Source: Puniceicoccales bacterium | GTDB lineage: Bacteria; Verrucomicrobiota; Verrucomicrobiia; Opitutales; LL51 | Length of the DNA stretch: 64,000 nt | NCBI GenBank assembly: GCA_031283585.1 | Contig: JAITBP010000010.1 | Coordinates: 11,565-75,564, forward strand | Direction of reading: 5' to 3' | Part shown: positions 26,866 to 36,623 of the stretch, one piece after another | Layout: every line of letters begins with the position of its first letter | Numbering within the stretch: position 1 is the first letter of the stretch | Notes under the pieces: model-generated | The model's database searches: none | What the model saw: only the letters and a program-made list of their open reading frames with translations | What the model was told of the DNA's origin: nothing | Program-made: the position numbers and the translations under genes

Positions 26866-27566
26866 TCGACAATGTTGTTGCAATAATTTCATATAGTCAA
26901 CTCAAGTGGCTTTGTTTTTCTATGGAAATATCGGAACAAAACTATTTTATGTCAGGTGTGTTATTGATCGGATACATCATCGGCTCGATACCATTTGCTG
27001 TCATCATATCCAGGATGCATGGAGTCAATATACTCAAGGTTAATAGCGGAAACCCCGGCGCAACCAATGTGAAAAGATCCGTCGGTAACAAGGCAGGAAA
27101 CCTGGTATTCATTCTTGATTTTTTAAAAGGATTTATCCCCACGGCACTTGTGCAGTATGTATTTCTGCGCCAATATGTAAACTTTACAATCAATGTAAAT
27201 ATTGCATTGCTTGCCGGATTGATACTCGGCCATAATTTTTCTATTTTTTTGAAATTTAAAGGAGGGAAAGGCATAACCACAACCATGGGAGGAATGCTCG
27301 CCATAATGCCAGGTTGCTTCGGCGTTGGCCTGGTTACCTGGTTGGTTATATTTAAAGCCACAAGGTTCGTTTCATTGGCCTCTTTATTTTTTGTAACAAG
27401 CTTGCCATTAACATCCTATCTATTCGGTTATCCCAAAGAAGCAATAGTCTTCTGCATCGCCCTGATGGTGATAGCAATCCTTATGCATAGAGCGAACATA
27501 AAGCGATTGCTAGATGGCACAGAGTATAGATTTATCAAAAACCAACAGGAGAATCATGATATATAG
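26862..27566 (+). CDS. plsY: glycerol-3-phosphate acyltransferase PlsY
   Basis: Motifs GSIPFAVIISR, SGNPGATNV and KGGKG. The likely true start is ATG 26922 or 26949. Confidence 0.85.
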   Translation: MIDNVVAIISYSQLKWLCFSMEISEQNYFMSGVLLIGYIIGSIPFAVIISRMHGVNILKVNSGNPGATNVKRSVGNKAGNLVFILDFLKGFIPTALVQYVFLRQYVNFTINVNIALLAGLILGHNFSIFLKFKGGKGITTTMGGMLAIMPGCFGVGLVTWLVIFKATRFVSLASLFFVTSLPLTSYLFGYPKEAIVFCIALMVIAILMHRANIKRLLDGTEYRFIKNQQENHDI

Positions 27567-28984
27567 CTATTGGCAGAAATGGCTGGTTTCACTTTAAGCG
27601 CATTCCATTTTAGCAAAAAATCCACCTTATTCTCAGCAAACAACGGCGAGATTTCTATGTTAAACGGTGGTAATCCGGTTGCATCGACCGGAATTTCTGC
27701 CCCTCCAGCCAAAAGCCATCTTGCGAATAACCTAAGCTGATTCTGCTTACAGGTAGCCAGAGAGTCCGTGCCATGCAAATTTTTTATTGGGCTAAAATTT
27801 TCCCGCCTATCCGCTTCCAGAACTAGACTCCTCTGAGCAAACTGCAATGCATCAAACACAAATGTTTCAAATTTAACCCCATTAACAGATTCTGGTTCAA
27901 TGTAATTGCCATTGGCATCGATGGTTGGGATCCTTTTCTTGGCCATATGAACCTGCAGCTGCTTAAGAGCATTTTCATCACCTATTGCTTTTACAAAATC
28001 CCTGTCAAAAATATGAATCGCTGCATTGCCGGCCCTGAATCTTAACCGACCTGTAATGTCTTTCTCACCAGCAAGTTCCGCTGACAAATCGCTATACTCT
28101 ATAATGGCAGTCTTATCATACATGGTACAAAAAACACCTATTTTTTCCTCAGGATATGTCTTGGTAACCATACGACAGGACATTTGGGATTGCTGCTTTA
28201 TATGAAATCCAACAAAGTGTGGATCTATGCATCTTACCAGCGGATTATCCACCTGAAAATAGCTTATCATATCGATGTCGTTTTCATCTAAAATGTCGAG
28301 TAAGCCGCTGTTTACAAAAGCACCAAATACACCACCATGACCATCCGGATGCATCGCTATCCTATGCTTTTCTTCCATCATTATCTTACCTGAAAAATCA
28401 ACGGCCGGCAGAGATCCTTGATTAAAGAAATGTACGTGAGCTAGGCCAAATGAATCATTTTCATAAAAAAATTTTATTATCTCGTTACGATTCCTGTCGC
28501 TGGTCATTATAAACCAGTGGATTTTATGGCCGTATTTTTTTTCCGCGAATCGAATTTTTTCAGCAAAAACCTGAAATAAAGTTTTTCCATTGACCGGAGT
28601 TACCTTCAGCATACCTTTGGGACTTGCCCGGCCAAGCCTACTACCTTGGCCACCAGCAGCGGTTAAAACCGCGATACGACCCTCGCCTAGAGCCTTCTCG
28701 CCTATATGATAAGCCTCGGCCCATTTTTTTTCATCGGTATCGTTGTTTGGTAATCCAATAAAATTAACCTGGGTAGCCACGTCCTTAAAATGCAGGCCGA
28801 TAAATCCATTGTTCAGAGCCAATAACGTTCTAATTTTGCCGGATAATTTATGTAAATTTATTCCTTTGGCCTGGCACAAAAGATCGGCCCTCTCGGTACT
28901 ATTAAGATCATTTAAAAATCTAAAAACATGATCTTGCCCGTAGTAGCTAAATTTTTCAAGCAACTCCCGCTCAACTGCCTCCAT
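27554..28984 (-). CDS. UDP-sugar / UDP-N-acetylglucosamine pyrophosphorylase of the eukaryote-type UDPGP (UAP1-like) family
   Basis: 476 aa. Motifs LTAAGGQGSRLG, PDGHGG and YFQVDNPL, which are characteristic of UDPGP-family enzymes rather than GlmU. Confidence 0.8.
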   Translation of the reverse strand: MEAVERELLEKFSYYGQDHVFRFLNDLNSTERADLLCQAKGINLHKLSGKIRTLLALNNGFIGLHFKDVATQVNFIGLPNNDTDEKKWAEAYHIGEKALGEGRIAVLTAAGGQGSRLGRASPKGMLKVTPVNGKTLFQVFAEKIRFAEKKYGHKIHWFIMTSDRNRNEIIKFFYENDSFGLAHVHFFNQGSLPAVDFSGKIMMEEKHRIAMHPDGHGGVFGAFVNSGLLDILDENDIDMISYFQVDNPLVRCIDPHFVGFHIKQQSQMSCRMVTKTYPEEKIGVFCTMYDKTAIIEYSDLSAELAGEKDITGRLRFRAGNAAIHIFDRDFVKAIGDENALKQLQVHMAKKRIPTIDANGNYIEPESVNGVKFETFVFDALQFAQRSLVLEADRRENFSPIKNLHGTDSLATCKQNQLRLFARWLLAGGAEIPVDATGLPPFNIEISPLFAENKVDFLLKWNALKVKPAISANSYIS

Positions 28985-29002
28985 ATAATCTAAGCCAAAA
29001 AA

Positions 29003-29368
29003 CTAATCAAAACGAAATAATATCTCATCATTCTCTACATAACCAATTCTTTGTCTTGCTATGTGTTCTACAAATTCATCGTCGTTGAGCAACTGAATTA
29101 TATGGGCCCTGTATTTTTCATTATCTTTATGCAAACAATCCAACTCAGAAGCTTGACAAGCCTCCAAATGTAAAACATTTTTATATTCCCTCCAGGTTCT
29201 GATTAAAACAATACTGGACACGGTGAATACAATAAATAATGACATGCATGAAAAAAACAATGAAACTTTATATAATTTCAGGGTCATCGAAAAAGGCGTT
29301 TTTTTATTATATTCATGCTCAACCATTTTTAAAGCAGAAAAGTATTTCCTTTGCAATATGATTCCCAT
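29003..29368 (-). CDS. ftsB: FtsB/DivIC-like septum formation initiator
   Basis: One TM (VSLFFSCMSLFIVFTVSSIVLI), a coiled coil, and a C-terminal DDEFVEHIARQRIGYVENDEILFRF typical of the family. The start is uncertain. Confidence 0.65.
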   Translation of the reverse strand: MGIILQRKYFSALKMVEHEYNKKTPFSMTLKLYKVSLFFSCMSLFIVFTVSSIVLIRTWREYKNVLHLEACQASELDCLHKDNEKYRAHIIQLLNDDEFVEHIARQRIGYVENDEILFRFD

Positions 29369-29405
29369 GGTTAACTTCGAGAAAACATTTTAATACCAAA
29401 AACCT

Positions 29406-32312
29406 ATGGTTAACACAAAAGAATCAAATACTAACAGAACCAGATGGTGTATTTCAGTAATTTTATGTTTTGCAAGTCAATTTTTATGCTATATGTGTTT
29501 AGGCAATTCTAAGATAGAACAATCCAAAGCTATGCAATTTTGCATGAAAGATAACCCGAATGTGGTTTACGGAAAACTGGGAAATGGTTTTCAATATGCG
29601 ATATATAACAGTGATACGATTACCAATCAAGAAATCTGTATTCGCCTTGTGGTAAATGCCGGATCCATTATGGAAACCGATGAACAATCCGGTGCAGCAC
29701 ATTTTCTCGAGCACATTGCATTCCGTGGATCAAAAAATTTCCCCGGCGGAAATATGATCGAAGAAATGCAAAAAATCGGCATAGATTTTGGTACCGGCCT
29801 AAATGCCTCTACTTCCTATTTGCATACGATTTTCAAAATAAAAATACCCGATACAAATTCGGAAAAAATATCCAAATGCCTCATTGTAGCGAATGATTTT
29901 GCGAACGGCCTAACCATAAGCCAAAAAGAAGTAGATAGTGAGCGCGGAGTAATATTGGCTGAACTCCGAGATGGAGATAATTATAAATCCCGTCTCACAA
30001 AAAAATTCATACAATTTATCTATGGCGAAACAATTATGCCTAAAAGATTTCCCATAGGAAAAAAAGAAATAATTGAAAAAATAACCGCCGAAGATTTGAA
30101 AAATTTTTACACCACCTGGTATACGCCGAACAGGATGTTTCTTGCGGTGGTTGGAAAAATAAAAAACACCGAGGCAGTGGAAACCGATATAAAAAACCTG
30201 TTTTCTGATATGAAGAACCATGACCCAGATGTCGCCGATGTGCTTTTGGGAAATTTCGATAGACATGGAATATTTTATCAGTTTAATGTGGAGAATGATC
30301 TGCCATCAGTAACTGGCCATATCACCTGCATCAATGGCAACGACCACCACAGAGAAGATACCATTGAACAAAGGAAGAACGACATACTAAGAGCCATAGC
30401 TACATCCATAATAAACCTAAGATTGGATAAGCTCGAAAAGAAAAAAAATTTCCTGCTGTCCGAAAGTGAATTTTCTTTCAACTTTAACCGGGCTCTTGGC
30501 TGTGAACAATCATCCATAGAATTCACCTGTAGGCAGGATAACTGGAAGGAATGCCTAACGATTATCTGGCAAGAAATAAAAAAAGTCCTGGAGTTTGGAT
30601 TCACGGACAAAGAATTTGACCTGGAAGTAAATGCATACAGAAAAGTTATACGCGAGCAGCTCAGGAAAGCCGAAAATAGAAAGTCCATTGAAATAATAAG
30701 AGATATGTGCAATGCGTATATCACTCACAGGCATTTTCTGGCAATTAAAGATGAATGTGAGATGAACAGTTTGATAATCGACGAAATCACGAAAGCCGAT
30801 TGTGAAAATATGGTTAAATTCATATGGAATAATGACAATCTATATCTGTCTATAAACTCAAATAAAGCCGAGGAAGATCCGGAAAATGCAATAAAAGAAA
30901 CATTTGAAAAGGCACGGGACCTGCCGGTTGAACAGGATATATCAATGGATGTCCATGAACTTCCAGCGATAGATTTTGAACCCGGGAAGGTAATCAGCAG
31001 GAAAGACATCAAAGATTTAGATTTTTGCCAGATAAGATTTTTTAACAATGTGAGGTTAAACGTAAAAACCATCCATAAGCCTATCAATCAAGTAGATGTT
31101 TCGGTCAGGTTTGGCAATGGGTTGCTTGCGGTAGATAAATCAAGGATAGGCTCCAATATTTTGGCCGAATCAACATTTATCAACGGAGGGCTTTTGACCC
31201 ATAGCATTACTAATATCAATGAAATCCTTTCGGACAAATACGTATCAATGTCAAGCCTTGTCCTAGAAAGCGATAGCTTCAAACTCCATGGCCAATCATC
31301 CTCGGATTTGGACGATTTTAATCTGCTGATAACCCTGCTGTATCATTATATTAAACAACCCGGTTTCAGGAATGAAGCCATCCAAGAATTCAGGGAAAAT
31401 ATGGCAAGATTTTATGTGGCGCTCGAAAAAACTCCCAACATGAAATTGATGGATGTCACGTACAAGTTAATAACCAACAATGATTTTAGGTTTTGTTTAC
31501 CAAGTTTTGATAGAATCAACCAATTGACATTGGAGGATGCCAAAGGCCTAATGCAGGAATCCCTTAGCCACGGCCCGATGGAAATAACAATTGTTGGGAA
31601 TGTCAGCATTAAAGATGCCATCGGTCAGGTTGCGAAAACCTTTGGGACATTGCCCGCAAGAAAAGCCACAAAACCTGCCTATAAAAATGAGCGCAAACTG
31701 AACATAAATCACAGTTCCGGGTTATTTCAGCACTATTTCGATGGAGACGATGAAAGGGAATTATTATCGGTTTTTTGGATAACCTGTGGTCTTAATAATA
31801 GAACAATTTCTGATCATCGGATACTCTCGGTCATTGGATCCATAATAGGTGACAGGCTGAGAGTTAAGGTACGAAAAGAACTCGGAGAGGCCTATTCGCC
31901 CTGTGTGGTGAGTTATAATAACGACACATTTGAAAATCTCGGGCTATTAAAGATAGATGTTTCCATTGATCAAACAAAATTCGAAATGGTTAGGCACATG
32001 GTCGATAAAGAAATCAATGATCTCTATAAAAATGGTGCCACCGAAGACGAATTTATCCGGGCGCTGGAGCCAATAATCCAAAACACAAAAAATGATCTGG
32101 ACGATGAATCCTATTGGCTTATAGCCCTATCTGGCTCCCAGGAAAAACCAGAAAAATTGGATTATATACGATATCGTCACGATTTCTTCAAAAGCCTATC
32201 GCTCAATTCCGTTAATGTTGTTATAAAAAAGTACCTGAAGCCAGAGGCCATGACCTATATACGAATGTGCCAAAAAACAAAAAATACCCAGAACGCCGAC
32301 GCTACTAGGTAA
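29406..32312 (+). CDS. M16 (insulinase/pitrilysin) family zinc peptidase, double-length
   Basis: 968 aa. It has an N-terminal hydrophobic segment (VILCFASQFLCYMCLG) that may act as a signal/anchor, the inverted zinc motif HFLEHIAFRGS (HxxEH), and a second inactive M16 half. Confidence 0.9.
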   Translation: MVNTKESNTNRTRWCISVILCFASQFLCYMCLGNSKIEQSKAMQFCMKDNPNVVYGKLGNGFQYAIYNSDTITNQEICIRLVVNAGSIMETDEQSGAAHFLEHIAFRGSKNFPGGNMIEEMQKIGIDFGTGLNASTSYLHTIFKIKIPDTNSEKISKCLIVANDFANGLTISQKEVDSERGVILAELRDGDNYKSRLTKKFIQFIYGETIMPKRFPIGKKEIIEKITAEDLKNFYTTWYTPNRMFLAVVGKIKNTEAVETDIKNLFSDMKNHDPDVADVLLGNFDRHGIFYQFNVENDLPSVTGHITCINGNDHHREDTIEQRKNDILRAIATSIINLRLDKLEKKKNFLLSESEFSFNFNRALGCEQSSIEFTCRQDNWKECLTIIWQEIKKVLEFGFTDKEFDLEVNAYRKVIREQLRKAENRKSIEIIRDMCNAYITHRHFLAIKDECEMNSLIIDEITKADCENMVKFIWNNDNLYLSINSNKAEEDPENAIKETFEKARDLPVEQDISMDVHELPAIDFEPGKVISRKDIKDLDFCQIRFFNNVRLNVKTIHKPINQVDVSVRFGNGLLAVDKSRIGSNILAESTFINGGLLTHSITNINEILSDKYVSMSSLVLESDSFKLHGQSSSDLDDFNLLITLLYHYIKQPGFRNEAIQEFRENMARFYVALEKTPNMKLMDVTYKLITNNDFRFCLPSFDRINQLTLEDAKGLMQESLSHGPMEITIVGNVSIKDAIGQVAKTFGTLPARKATKPAYKNERKLNINHSSGLFQHYFDGDDERELLSVFWITCGLNNRTISDHRILSVIGSIIGDRLRVKVRKELGEAYSPCVVSYNNDTFENLGLLKIDVSIDQTKFEMVRHMVDKEINDLYKNGATEDEFIRALEPIIQNTKNDLDDESYWLIALSGSQEKPEKLDYIRYRHDFFKSLSLNSVNVVIKKYLKPEAMTYIRMCQKTKNTQNADATR

Positions 32313-32892
32313 AAAATTCCGCCGTTATCTCGAAGCTATCTATGGTTCCTGACAAAATATAGGATGTAAGGTAATTCAAATAAACAGTGATAGGCGTATT
32401 CAGAAAAGTCAATTCATAGCTGACATAGGCCCAGGATTCACCGGTTCTTTTTGTAAAGGCTAACTCGAGCACTGGATCATCCTCCGGGTTACTCCATTCT
32501 TTAAATTCAATTTTTGCGCCATAGACACCAGCCTCACCATTAAAATATACCATGGATAAATCAATACTGGCCAGGGAACTAAAATTCCACCAACTATCAT
32601 AACTAGATCCTATAAATTTCGGGGCTCCAGTTATCCTATATCTTGGAAGCATTGAAGAATCCAATGCACTGAAATTCCTGTTTATAACATATGGAGACTC
32701 CGGAGTTTGATCTAGAGTTATTGTATAGCTATAGTTAAAAGTTACCTTTTCCAGTAGCCAGTAAAAATTACACATATCACTGGGAACGAACCATAAAATC
32801 GTTACCGTATCCGTAATATTGCTATTAATGGGAATGAAATGTGGCACACCAGCTTCATTAACCCTACAGAGAAATGGATCGAAGTTCGTCAT
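32305..32892 (-). CDS. phage-cluster distal protein, function unknown (beta-rich)
   Basis: 195 aa, the last ORF of the cluster. Its stop overlaps the M16 gene's 3' end by 8 bp (convergent). No motif recognised. Confidence 0.3.
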   Translation of the reverse strand: MTNFDPFLCRVNEAGVPHFIPINSNITDTVTILWFVPSDMCNFYWLLEKVTFNYSYTITLDQTPESPYVINRNFSALDSSMLPRYRITGAPKFIGSSYDSWWNFSSLASIDLSMVYFNGEAGVYGAKIEFKEWSNPEDDPVLELAFTKRTGESWAYVSYELTFLNTPITVYLNYLTSYILSGTIDSFEITAEFFT

Positions 32893-32895
32893 AGT

Positions 32896-34650
32896 TCATG
32901 GTACAAATGGTTCACTGGCAACGGAATAGCGTTTCTTGAAAACCCCCGAGTCTGAAACATCCTCTTCTCTCAACTTCACTAGCAAATCTGTTGGTAAAGT
33001 TGAAACGTCCAGGACCATCGATTTGCCAGAATCTTCAGGGTCTTGGAATGTGATTTTTTTATATTTACCTGGGCCATAGGAAGAATTCTCGATTCGAGAA
33101 AATTTTCCCTGTTCCACAAAACCGCTGCCTTCAGCTTCAGCCGTTGACCGGATACCAAAATTTCTCGATGAGAATCTTGTTCTATTTGTCCTGGTAAGCT
33201 CTGAAAGGTCATCGGCACCGAGATGCCTAGCCGGCCCAAACACCACCAGGGTTTCACCGGCATCGAGGTCTTCATTAACTTCTTGAACCACAGCATCCAT
33301 CGTGTTCCAAACCGATTGTCCACCGGAAAGATTTAGTTTCTTACCCATGAAAGCCAGCGAAAGTTCCTTTTCACTGAAGCGAATAAATCCATCGAATTGC
33401 AACACACTTACACTATTATAAACCTGTTCGGCTAGATCCAGTGGCACATCTTCTTCGGTAACCAAGGAAGTAAGCCGTTTATATGTGTAGGTGGTGGCAT
33501 TAGTGGCGTTCAATTTCACGGCCACAGCACGATTATAAACCGATTCATCCGTGGTTTGATAGGATATTTTTGCAGTAATCACATCCTGTTCGACGGTTCT
33601 GTTCATCCAATCGGCCACATTGCCCTGGATGATTTCATTTGGGAGCAGGCTAGATCTGCTCTGATCTGAAATGGAAATACTATCCGTTGGTACCTGTTGC
33701 AGGCCAGGAAGATGAGCTTTCCACCAGGCCACGCTGTCGATCTGGATTGGCTCGGTTTTCATGTATTGCTTAACATAGGTCGCCTGCACACCTTCGAGCT
33801 CTATGGCCATAACCAAGGATTTCAGTTCTGTTCCGGTGGCCGAAATTGGGCACCTTTGAACCTGTACCGTTTTCCAACTTTTACCATCTGTGGAGTGGGT
33901 TTTTTCAAACTTAAGCACCACCGAAGAAACCTGAAGATCATATCGTGGCTGAATGGAAAACTCAGCTATGTCAGTCTGAGATAGTATGTTAAATGTAACC
34001 GACTCCAGCTGGCTTCTGGTTTTAATATATAGGGTTGGAGTATCGGTGGAATAATCAAAATAGCATATGGCATCTGGAATCCAGCGAAGTAATTTTTTTA
34101 TGGCCTCGGCGCAGGAAAGATCTTTGCATTCATCGAATGGAATATTCACCGGCAGATCCAGCTGATCGTCAAGCAGGATTGGCACAGCGCAGGCACCAAT
34201 AGCATAGCTTACAATTTCATCGATCTGATCGCCTATGGTTATCGCATCACCGTCAGAATTTTGGCCCAAAATCAGGTGACTTTTCGTAATATTTTTCAGC
34301 GAACTTGAGGGATCATCCGGATCCACAGGTTCTTTCCAAACCTGTTGATAGATAAGATTTTCAAGAAACCACCAGGTCCCAGATAAGGTATAGTTATGAA
34401 ACTCCGCATCCATGGAACCGTAAACCGGTGTCATGGTAACCACGCCCTGGAACCAAATGCTAGCGCCATGGTATATTTTTATATATTCATTCGCATCAAA
34501 AACCGGTTCATCGAGTATTCCTTTCGATTTGACTGCAAAGGTAACCCTATCGGCAGCCTGATTGCGAAGTTGTCGCTTTAGGGCGCTGATCCCCCAGTCG
34601 GCCAACGATCGCTGTTCTCCTTTATAAAGCAATGACCAATCCATATTCAA
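32896..34650 (-). CDS. phage tail hub / baseplate (gpD-like) structural protein, putative
   Basis: 584 aa. The N-terminal layout (..LADWGI..DRVTFAV..IKIYHGASIWFQGVV..YTLSG) and a later DECKDLSCAEAIKKLL segment recall late-control-D/hub proteins; this is weak. The likely start is ATG 34644, preceded by GGAG. Confidence 0.35.
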   Translation of the reverse strand: MNMDWSLLYKGEQRSLADWGISALKRQLRNQAADRVTFAVKSKGILDEPVFDANEYIKIYHGASIWFQGVVTMTPVYGSMDAEFHNYTLSGTWWFLENLIYQQVWKEPVDPDDPSSSLKNITKSHLILGQNSDGDAITIGDQIDEIVSYAIGACAVPILLDDQLDLPVNIPFDECKDLSCAEAIKKLLRWIPDAICYFDYSTDTPTLYIKTRSQLESVTFNILSQTDIAEFSIQPRYDLQVSSVVLKFEKTHSTDGKSWKTVQVQRCPISATGTELKSLVMAIELEGVQATYVKQYMKTEPIQIDSVAWWKAHLPGLQQVPTDSISISDQSRSSLLPNEIIQGNVADWMNRTVEQDVITAKISYQTTDESVYNRAVAVKLNATNATTYTYKRLTSLVTEEDVPLDLAEQVYNSVSVLQFDGFIRFSEKELSLAFMGKKLNLSGGQSVWNTMDAVVQEVNEDLDAGETLVVFGPARHLGADDLSELTRTNRTRFSSRNFGIRSTAEAEGSGFVEQGKFSRIENSSYGPGKYKKITFQDPEDSGKSMVLDVSTLPTDLLVKLREEDVSDSGVFKKRYSVASEPFVP

Positions 34651-34769
34651 CTCCTCAAATTATTTATCTGTGAACGAAGCGTATCTATTTGCTGCTGAAG
34701 AGTATAGCTAAGCCTGTCCAGCTCATCTCTAAGTTTATTTATCTGACCAATGAGTATGTTATCATCCAT
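34647..34769 (-). CDS. 40-aa coiled-coil micro-ORF between the fibre and hub genes
   Basis: Not in the ORF track. My translation is MDDNILIGQINKLRDELDRLSYTLQQQIDTLRSQINNLRS. The start lies 1 nt after the fibre gene stop, and its TGA overlaps the TTG at 34650. Confidence 0.3.
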   Translation of the reverse strand: MDDNILIGQINKLRDELDRLSYTLQQQIDTLRSQINNLRS

Positions 34770-34770
34770 A

Positions 34771-36180
34771 TTAATTTATGCCATAGATTGAAAAATTACC
34801 ACCGGTAATATTGCCAGAAATGGCTTCTATTTTCAGTGAATTTACATTTACAAAGCCCGAGTTTAGGAATGTGGAGCTGTATCTTCCAGCACCAGCTTCA
34901 TTGACGTAGGTATCAGAAGATGGCACATGCCACAGGTAATTAATTTCGGCCAACAGCTGTATGTAGCTACTGGTTTTACCAGCTTTCCATAGAGAAACAT
35001 CACCATTGAAAAATCCATCATAGGAACGGAAATTTGTACTGCTATTCCCCAGTGGCACATAACCCACGGTTCCATTATACTTCTCATATCTTATTTCATT
35101 GCCTCTGAGATCTGATAGGGATGAAATATATTCTGAAGCTGTCGTTATCCAGGATGTTTCATTGTCCACGGTGTTTCCAAAGACAATGGATAGAAGTGCA
35201 TAGACTGGACTTTTGGTACAACAATTCAGGACAATTTTGTAATGCAGGAACTGCGAACTATTCAGCACTTCGGTAAAAATAACCGCTGCGGTGGAAGAAC
35301 TCAGGCTGATCGTTTTCAGAAGTTTCCAGGGATAATTTTTCCAAGAAAGTCCGGTCTCGGAAGTCGAATCAACCATCAATACCTGATTTTCATCACCCAA
35401 AGCTAATACCGTTGATGAATTTTCTCCACCGCCAACTATCATATCGCCGACACTGGATATGGGCGACAAGTTATTGAATGCTGACACCTTATCCTCGGCA
35501 CCTGTTCCTCCACAGCCAATGCTCAATGGGGTAATACCGGAAATGCTGCCACCGGTTATTGAGATAGCATCGCTATGCTGAACAGCCATCGACCCAAGGC
35601 CAAGATTAGATCTAGCAGCTGCTTCATCATCCACATCCAGCAGGTTTTTTGATCTGTTCATGAAGATGGCGTCGCATTCTGCGGCGGTGTAATATGATTC
35701 CAATGGCGGTGGCGGAATAATTGTATCGCTATTGCCGCCGTCAATCACCCTGATCTTACCAGCACAAACGGTTACGGTTTTTGCGTCGGGTTTCGTGATA
35801 ACCCACAGGCTAAGCCAATAGTCATCGGCGGCCAGAGATGTTTCATTTTCGGAAAAATCAATGACCGCATGTTGAGCCGTTCCATTGGCCCAGGACTCCG
35901 GGGTGACACTGTTATCCAGCGAAGAAGTTTCGCCGTACATCAACACCTGATTACCGCTGTCCACCGTCGTTCCATCGCTACTTAAGACCTTAACTGCCAA
36001 GCAGATCTTATCTATATTCGAAACATCTACCAAGGTTCCATTGGCAAATAATCCCAGCTGGAATTCCATGTCATTGGACTTCCAAAATTGGACCATCTCC
36101 TTGCGATTTACATCTACTGGTAGACAAAATGTTTCTGTATCTATCCCAAGACGCAGTATAAACTTATCTATTGTTGTCAT
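34771..36180 (-). CDS. phage tail fibre protein
   Basis: 469 aa. The central motif NLLDVDDEAAARSNLGLGSMAVQ..ISITGGSISGITPLSIGCGGTGAEDKVSAFNNL..GDENQVLMVD is a signature I recognise from many tail-fibre proteins. The C-terminal domain is divergent. Confidence 0.65.
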   Translation of the reverse strand: MTTIDKFILRLGIDTETFCLPVDVNRKEMVQFWKSNDMEFQLGLFANGTLVDVSNIDKICLAVKVLSSDGTTVDSGNQVLMYGETSSLDNSVTPESWANGTAQHAVIDFSENETSLAADDYWLSLWVITKPDAKTVTVCAGKIRVIDGGNSDTIIPPPPLESYYTAAECDAIFMNRSKNLLDVDDEAAARSNLGLGSMAVQHSDAISITGGSISGITPLSIGCGGTGAEDKVSAFNNLSPISSVGDMIVGGGENSSTVLALGDENQVLMVDSTSETGLSWKNYPWKLLKTISLSSSTAAVIFTEVLNSSQFLHYKIVLNCCTKSPVYALLSIVFGNTVDNETSWITTASEYISSLSDLRGNEIRYEKYNGTVGYVPLGNSSTNFRSYDGFFNGDVSLWKAGKTSSYIQLLAEINYLWHVPSSDTYVNEAGAGRYSSTFLNSGFVNVNSLKIEAISGNITGGNFSIYGIN

Positions 36181-36197
36181 ATAAAAAAATAAAAATT

Positions 36198-36623
36198 CTA
36201 TCCAATGCCATTGGTTATCCTTCCGCCGGTGATTTTATAATAATGCAGCGCTGTGTTACCATTGGCTGAAGATTGCACTGTAACCAGTACAGCATTATGC
36301 ATATAGTAAGTATTATTACTGGGCTCACCGACCAGGGTTAGGTAGGACTGCAACCCGGTGAGCTCCGATGAATGTTCCAGAGAATTGATCTGGGCACTTT
36401 CTACCGAATCGTATTTCTTCATGACCTTGAATTCTATGGTGATTTGTAGATTTCCTCTATCTATGGCCTTGACTTCGGTCCCCCTTACGGTCTCGGCAAT
36501 TTGGACGTTTCTCTGGCCGGAAATCTTCAGATCGAAAGGGTTCTCCCGTGCATTATCCCCGGCGGCCAACACTATTGTACCAAATGATATTTTCATGATT
36601 TTATATTTTTTTATAGCGAGCAC
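36198..36623 (-). CDS. phage structural protein (tail-tube/tubular-like?), unknown
   Basis: 141 aa and beta-rich. It sits after the head-tail joining genes. The likely start is MKISFG at 36596. Confidence 0.3.
   Translation of the reverse strand: MLAIKKYKIMKISFGTIVLAAGDNARENPFDLKISGQRNVQIAETVRGTEVKAIDRGNLQITIEFKVMKKYDSVESAQINSLEHSSELTGLQSYLTLVGEPSNNTYYMHNAVLVTVQSSANGNTALHYYKITGGRITNGIG

Noticed and set aside
32290-32330. attR-like direct repeat of the tRNA-Gln 3' end at the far boundary of the phage-like cluster
   Set aside because: I looked for tggctgcccggccaggattcgaacc or sub-strings near 32300 and saw none. The boundary is instead an 8-bp overlap with the M16 gene stop. An exhaustive computational search is still needed.
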